A stretch of DNA of 64,000 nucleotides, taken from the NCBI RefSeq assembly GCF_016433145.1, contig NC_058131.1, positions 232,045,076-232,109,075 on the forward strand, given 5' to 3'. Under the pieces are notes generated by a model. It saw nothing but the letters and a program-made list of their open reading frames with translations, was not told the DNA's origin and did no database searches. The translations under genes and the position numbers were made by a program. Positions 61,400-64,000 of the stretch are shown here, one piece after another. This DNA comes from Gracilinanus agilis (lineage: Eukaryota). Position 1 is the stretch's first letter. The number at the start of each line of letters is the position of its first letter.

Positions 61400-61830
61400 T
61401 TTTTTTCCCCCAACCCTGCCTTATTCTCTCAGCTGTGTGAATCTGCCTCCAGATTTTGGTCTCTTTTTGGTTATGGCCTACCTAGATTTTTCTTAGTCGT
61501 TTTTTCTTCCCCTATTCTGTCCTTTAGCCAGTCCACCTGTGATTCCCTCTGTAACTGATTTTCTCTCTGGAGAGCTCTGAGAGCCGAGGTAGATGAAAGC
61601 TTTGCCTCCCCTTAGGATAGTCTTAACTCCTTCTCCCCAAATGGCCAACTGTTGCTCACAGTTTAGGCACTATTTGCTCCTTAATCCTCAGGCAGGAGAC
61701 TAATTTTAACTTGGGGATGGAGGAGACTAGGGGCATTTCAGTGACGCAATCCCTCACATTCCAGCTCCCAATTTAGCCTGTGTAAGGAGAGCCACAGCTG
61801 TCACAGAACAAGTGACCCTGAGTCACATAG
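61400..61830 (-). promoter_or_regulatory. TRIM54 muscle-type promoter region
   Basis: MEF2 consensus CTAATTTTAA 61700-61709; E-boxes CAGCTG 61430-61435 and 61795-61800; CRE/C-EBP hybrid TGACGCAAT 61742-61750; AP-1 TGAGTCA 61819-61825. Lies immediately upstream of exon 1. Confidence 0.55.
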
Positions 61831-62149
61831 ACTGGGGGGCTGGGGAGGGGCTAGAACCTTTATCAGAATAGGGGGCAAAGCTGAGCCAGAAAAAGAAATA
61901 GGAATACTTCGATCTCTCACACTGTGGCTTTAGAAGGGCTCCCACTGGTTCCTGCTCAGTCATGCTCTGGCTTGAGCCTTATCTTAGATCCAGAGACTGT
62001 GAATCTACAGACAGTCCTACAAAGGCATCCAGCCATAGCTCAGCAGCAGGGAAGGCCCGAGAGCCAGGAAGTCTTGACAGAAGACTCAAAACAAGGATGA
62101 TGGGAACTTACATATGTCTTGGACCCACCACAATAACCCTGAACCACCT

Positions 62150-63508
62150 TTCTCTATCCACAATATGACAGATTTATTGCCTCAGAGAATAGAGGCTGAA
62201 GGGATGGCTTTCAACCCATAGCCCTTGCCCTCTTCCCTCTCTCCCAAAGAGGCTAAATAAGCCTGAAATATGATACCTGATGGACTAGATGTGCCTAGAT
62301 TTAAGGGTAAGTTATTTCATCAATGTGGAACCCACAAGTGCAGATCACAACCCCTCTGACTTAACAAATCAAGACAAAAAAAAAAAAAAAAGCAAATCAC
62401 CTAGTCTCTCAAGCCTTAGTCTTCAGAGAGACATACAATATATATGACCAGCCTATATCCAAAGCCTTTCCATTTCTAGCTTTGTAGGACCTGGAAGAGC
62501 TTGGATTCTACAGGGATAGCCATAAAGCACCCAACTTTTGCTATATTTGACTATATTAATCAGACTTAAGTGAAAGCCAGGTACCTGAAATGCCAACACT
62601 TAAAAAAAAGGGTCAATCAAGGATTGAAATTTGTCAGAATTCATTTTTGAGACTGTGGATAGATCCATGGACCAGGCTCCTCTTCTCTTCTAGGTAGTCT
62701 TTGAAAGGATTCATCTCATTGTGGAAAGATAAATTTGCTCTCTTCTATCCCTATTTGGGGCTCTGCATTGGCACTATAGGAGAGTATATAGTCAAGGAAG
62801 GTAAATGGAGGTAGGGAGTAGTGAAAGTATAGTTCCCATGAACAAATTGTCAGTTATTGCCAAGTTTCCAGATCTAGGTAGGAAGGGTTGGGGGGGTATA
62901 AAGGAGATTTAGGTATCTGCAACCCATTTTGGATATAGCGGTCTAAGGTCTTGGGGAAAATAGCTTTAACCCAATAGGAAAAGGTATAACTTCAAGGCTC
63001 TGAAACAGATAATCAACCCTGATAGTAGAACTCGGCTCAGCCTCTTCTCCACAGACTATTTCCAGGCTATCTTCTCTGACCTCACACCAACAATGGAGAC
63101 TGCACAAAGGTCCTTTATTCACCAATGTATTCCCAATGGATCAGGCTTTCCTACTCCAAAATAGTACCTGATTCCTTCACTGAGTTAAGGGGAGGTTATA
63201 TGGGCTGGCCCTTGGTAGAATGGTTGAGGAAAGCAGCTGACATAGGCCTATACTTTGGCAAAGACATAGTATTTGTGAGAAGCACTTTTTCCCTCCAGGA
63301 TGCAATAACGCCTCTGTCTTCAGAATGAGAATCTTGGGGAGAAGACAGACTACGTCCCAAGAACATCATGTGTCTAAGGCTGGTAGGCACCTGTGCTGGT
63401 AGAATTTCTAGAATATTTGAGTAAGTATGATAACCTCTTCTGCTCCCTACCCCCTCAGTCCTAAGAGTTGAATCAGTGGAATAGCCTGCTTCAGACATAC
63501 TGTGGGTA
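62150..63508 (-). other. Candidate terminal exon/3'UTR of an upstream minus-strand gene (DNAJC5G by synteny)
   Basis: Minus-strand acceptor CCCCTGCTTCCTAG| at 63509/63508 and minus-strand AATAAA at 63114-63119 and 62173-62178. DNAJC5G precedes TRIM54 co-directionally in human. No J-domain or cysteine string is visible in the window. Confidence 0.3.
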
Positions 63509-64000
63509 CTAGGAAGCAGGGGTGGGTGGGAATTATCCCAGGAAGGAAAGCTTAGGGCTCAGCCTAGGCACTGGATTCCTGATCCAAAGAAATGGAGGGA
63601 AAGGTCAGCTGATGTAGCAAGTCCAGGTGCATTATCTACCCTGCAGGAGCACTTGTGAAGGAGAATAAGCAGTTATATGGTACTCACTAGGTATGTACTA
63701 GGCATTGTGCTTTGCCAAGTATATATATAATTTAATCCACACAACAACCCTTCAAAGTAGATACATAATTATCCCTATTTTACAGTTGAGGAAACTAAGC
63801 TAAACATTAGTTATGTGATTTGCCCCAAGTTACACAGCTAGTAAATGCCTGAGGCAGATCCGAGTTTAGATATTCATGATTCCAGACCAGGTGCTTTTTC
63901 GGAGGCCTCTGAGGGAGAAGTTATCCCTCATAGCTTGAGGACACAGCCACCACTGACACAGAGACACTAGGGAACAGGGAACAAATCTTCTGGGAAGAGG

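Larger units (their letters stand above)
60110..62068. repeat. Dispersed direct repeat: 60110-60345 and 61804-62068
   Basis: Colinear alignment with an identical 21-nt core TAGAAGGGCTCCCACTGGTTC (60208-60228; 61931-61951) and shared CCTGAGTCACATAGA. Confidence 0.85.

Overview
Eukaryotic genomic DNA from a didelphid marsupial, very likely opossum (Monodelphis-type SINEs, MAR1, marsupial L1). It is syntenic with human 2p23.3 in reverse orientation. I traced four protein-coding genes exon by exon, with GT-AG boundaries and consistent phases: GTF3C2 (+, 18 coding exons, 972/978-10128), MPV17 (+, 7 coding exons, 14938-24923), UCN (+, CDS 26864-27256) and TRIM54/MuRF3 (-, 8 coding exons, 61366-28459, plus a non-coding last exon). 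The window end may hold the 3' end of DNAJC5G, suggested by synteny only. The rest is intronic or intergenic and rich in SINEs, MAR1/MIR, L1, HAL1-like, L2, CR1/L3, LTRs and hAT MITEs. I found no CRISPR array, rRNA or true tRNA gene, and no convincing wholly new gene system. The best leads are: an 18/21 RE1/NRSE (REST) site between the MPV17 poly(A) sites and the UCN promoter; a 5'-intact, tail-less L1 with a 15-bp TSD that fits internal priming; a perfect hAT (OposCharlie1-like) MITE next to a CArG box; a ~240-bp AP-1-containing segment duplicated on both sides of TRIM54 exon 1; and a candidate MPV17 poison exon. Repeat family names and orthologue comparisons come from my recall of consensus and human sequences, not from a database search. 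Repeat boundaries are approximate unless TSDs are given.
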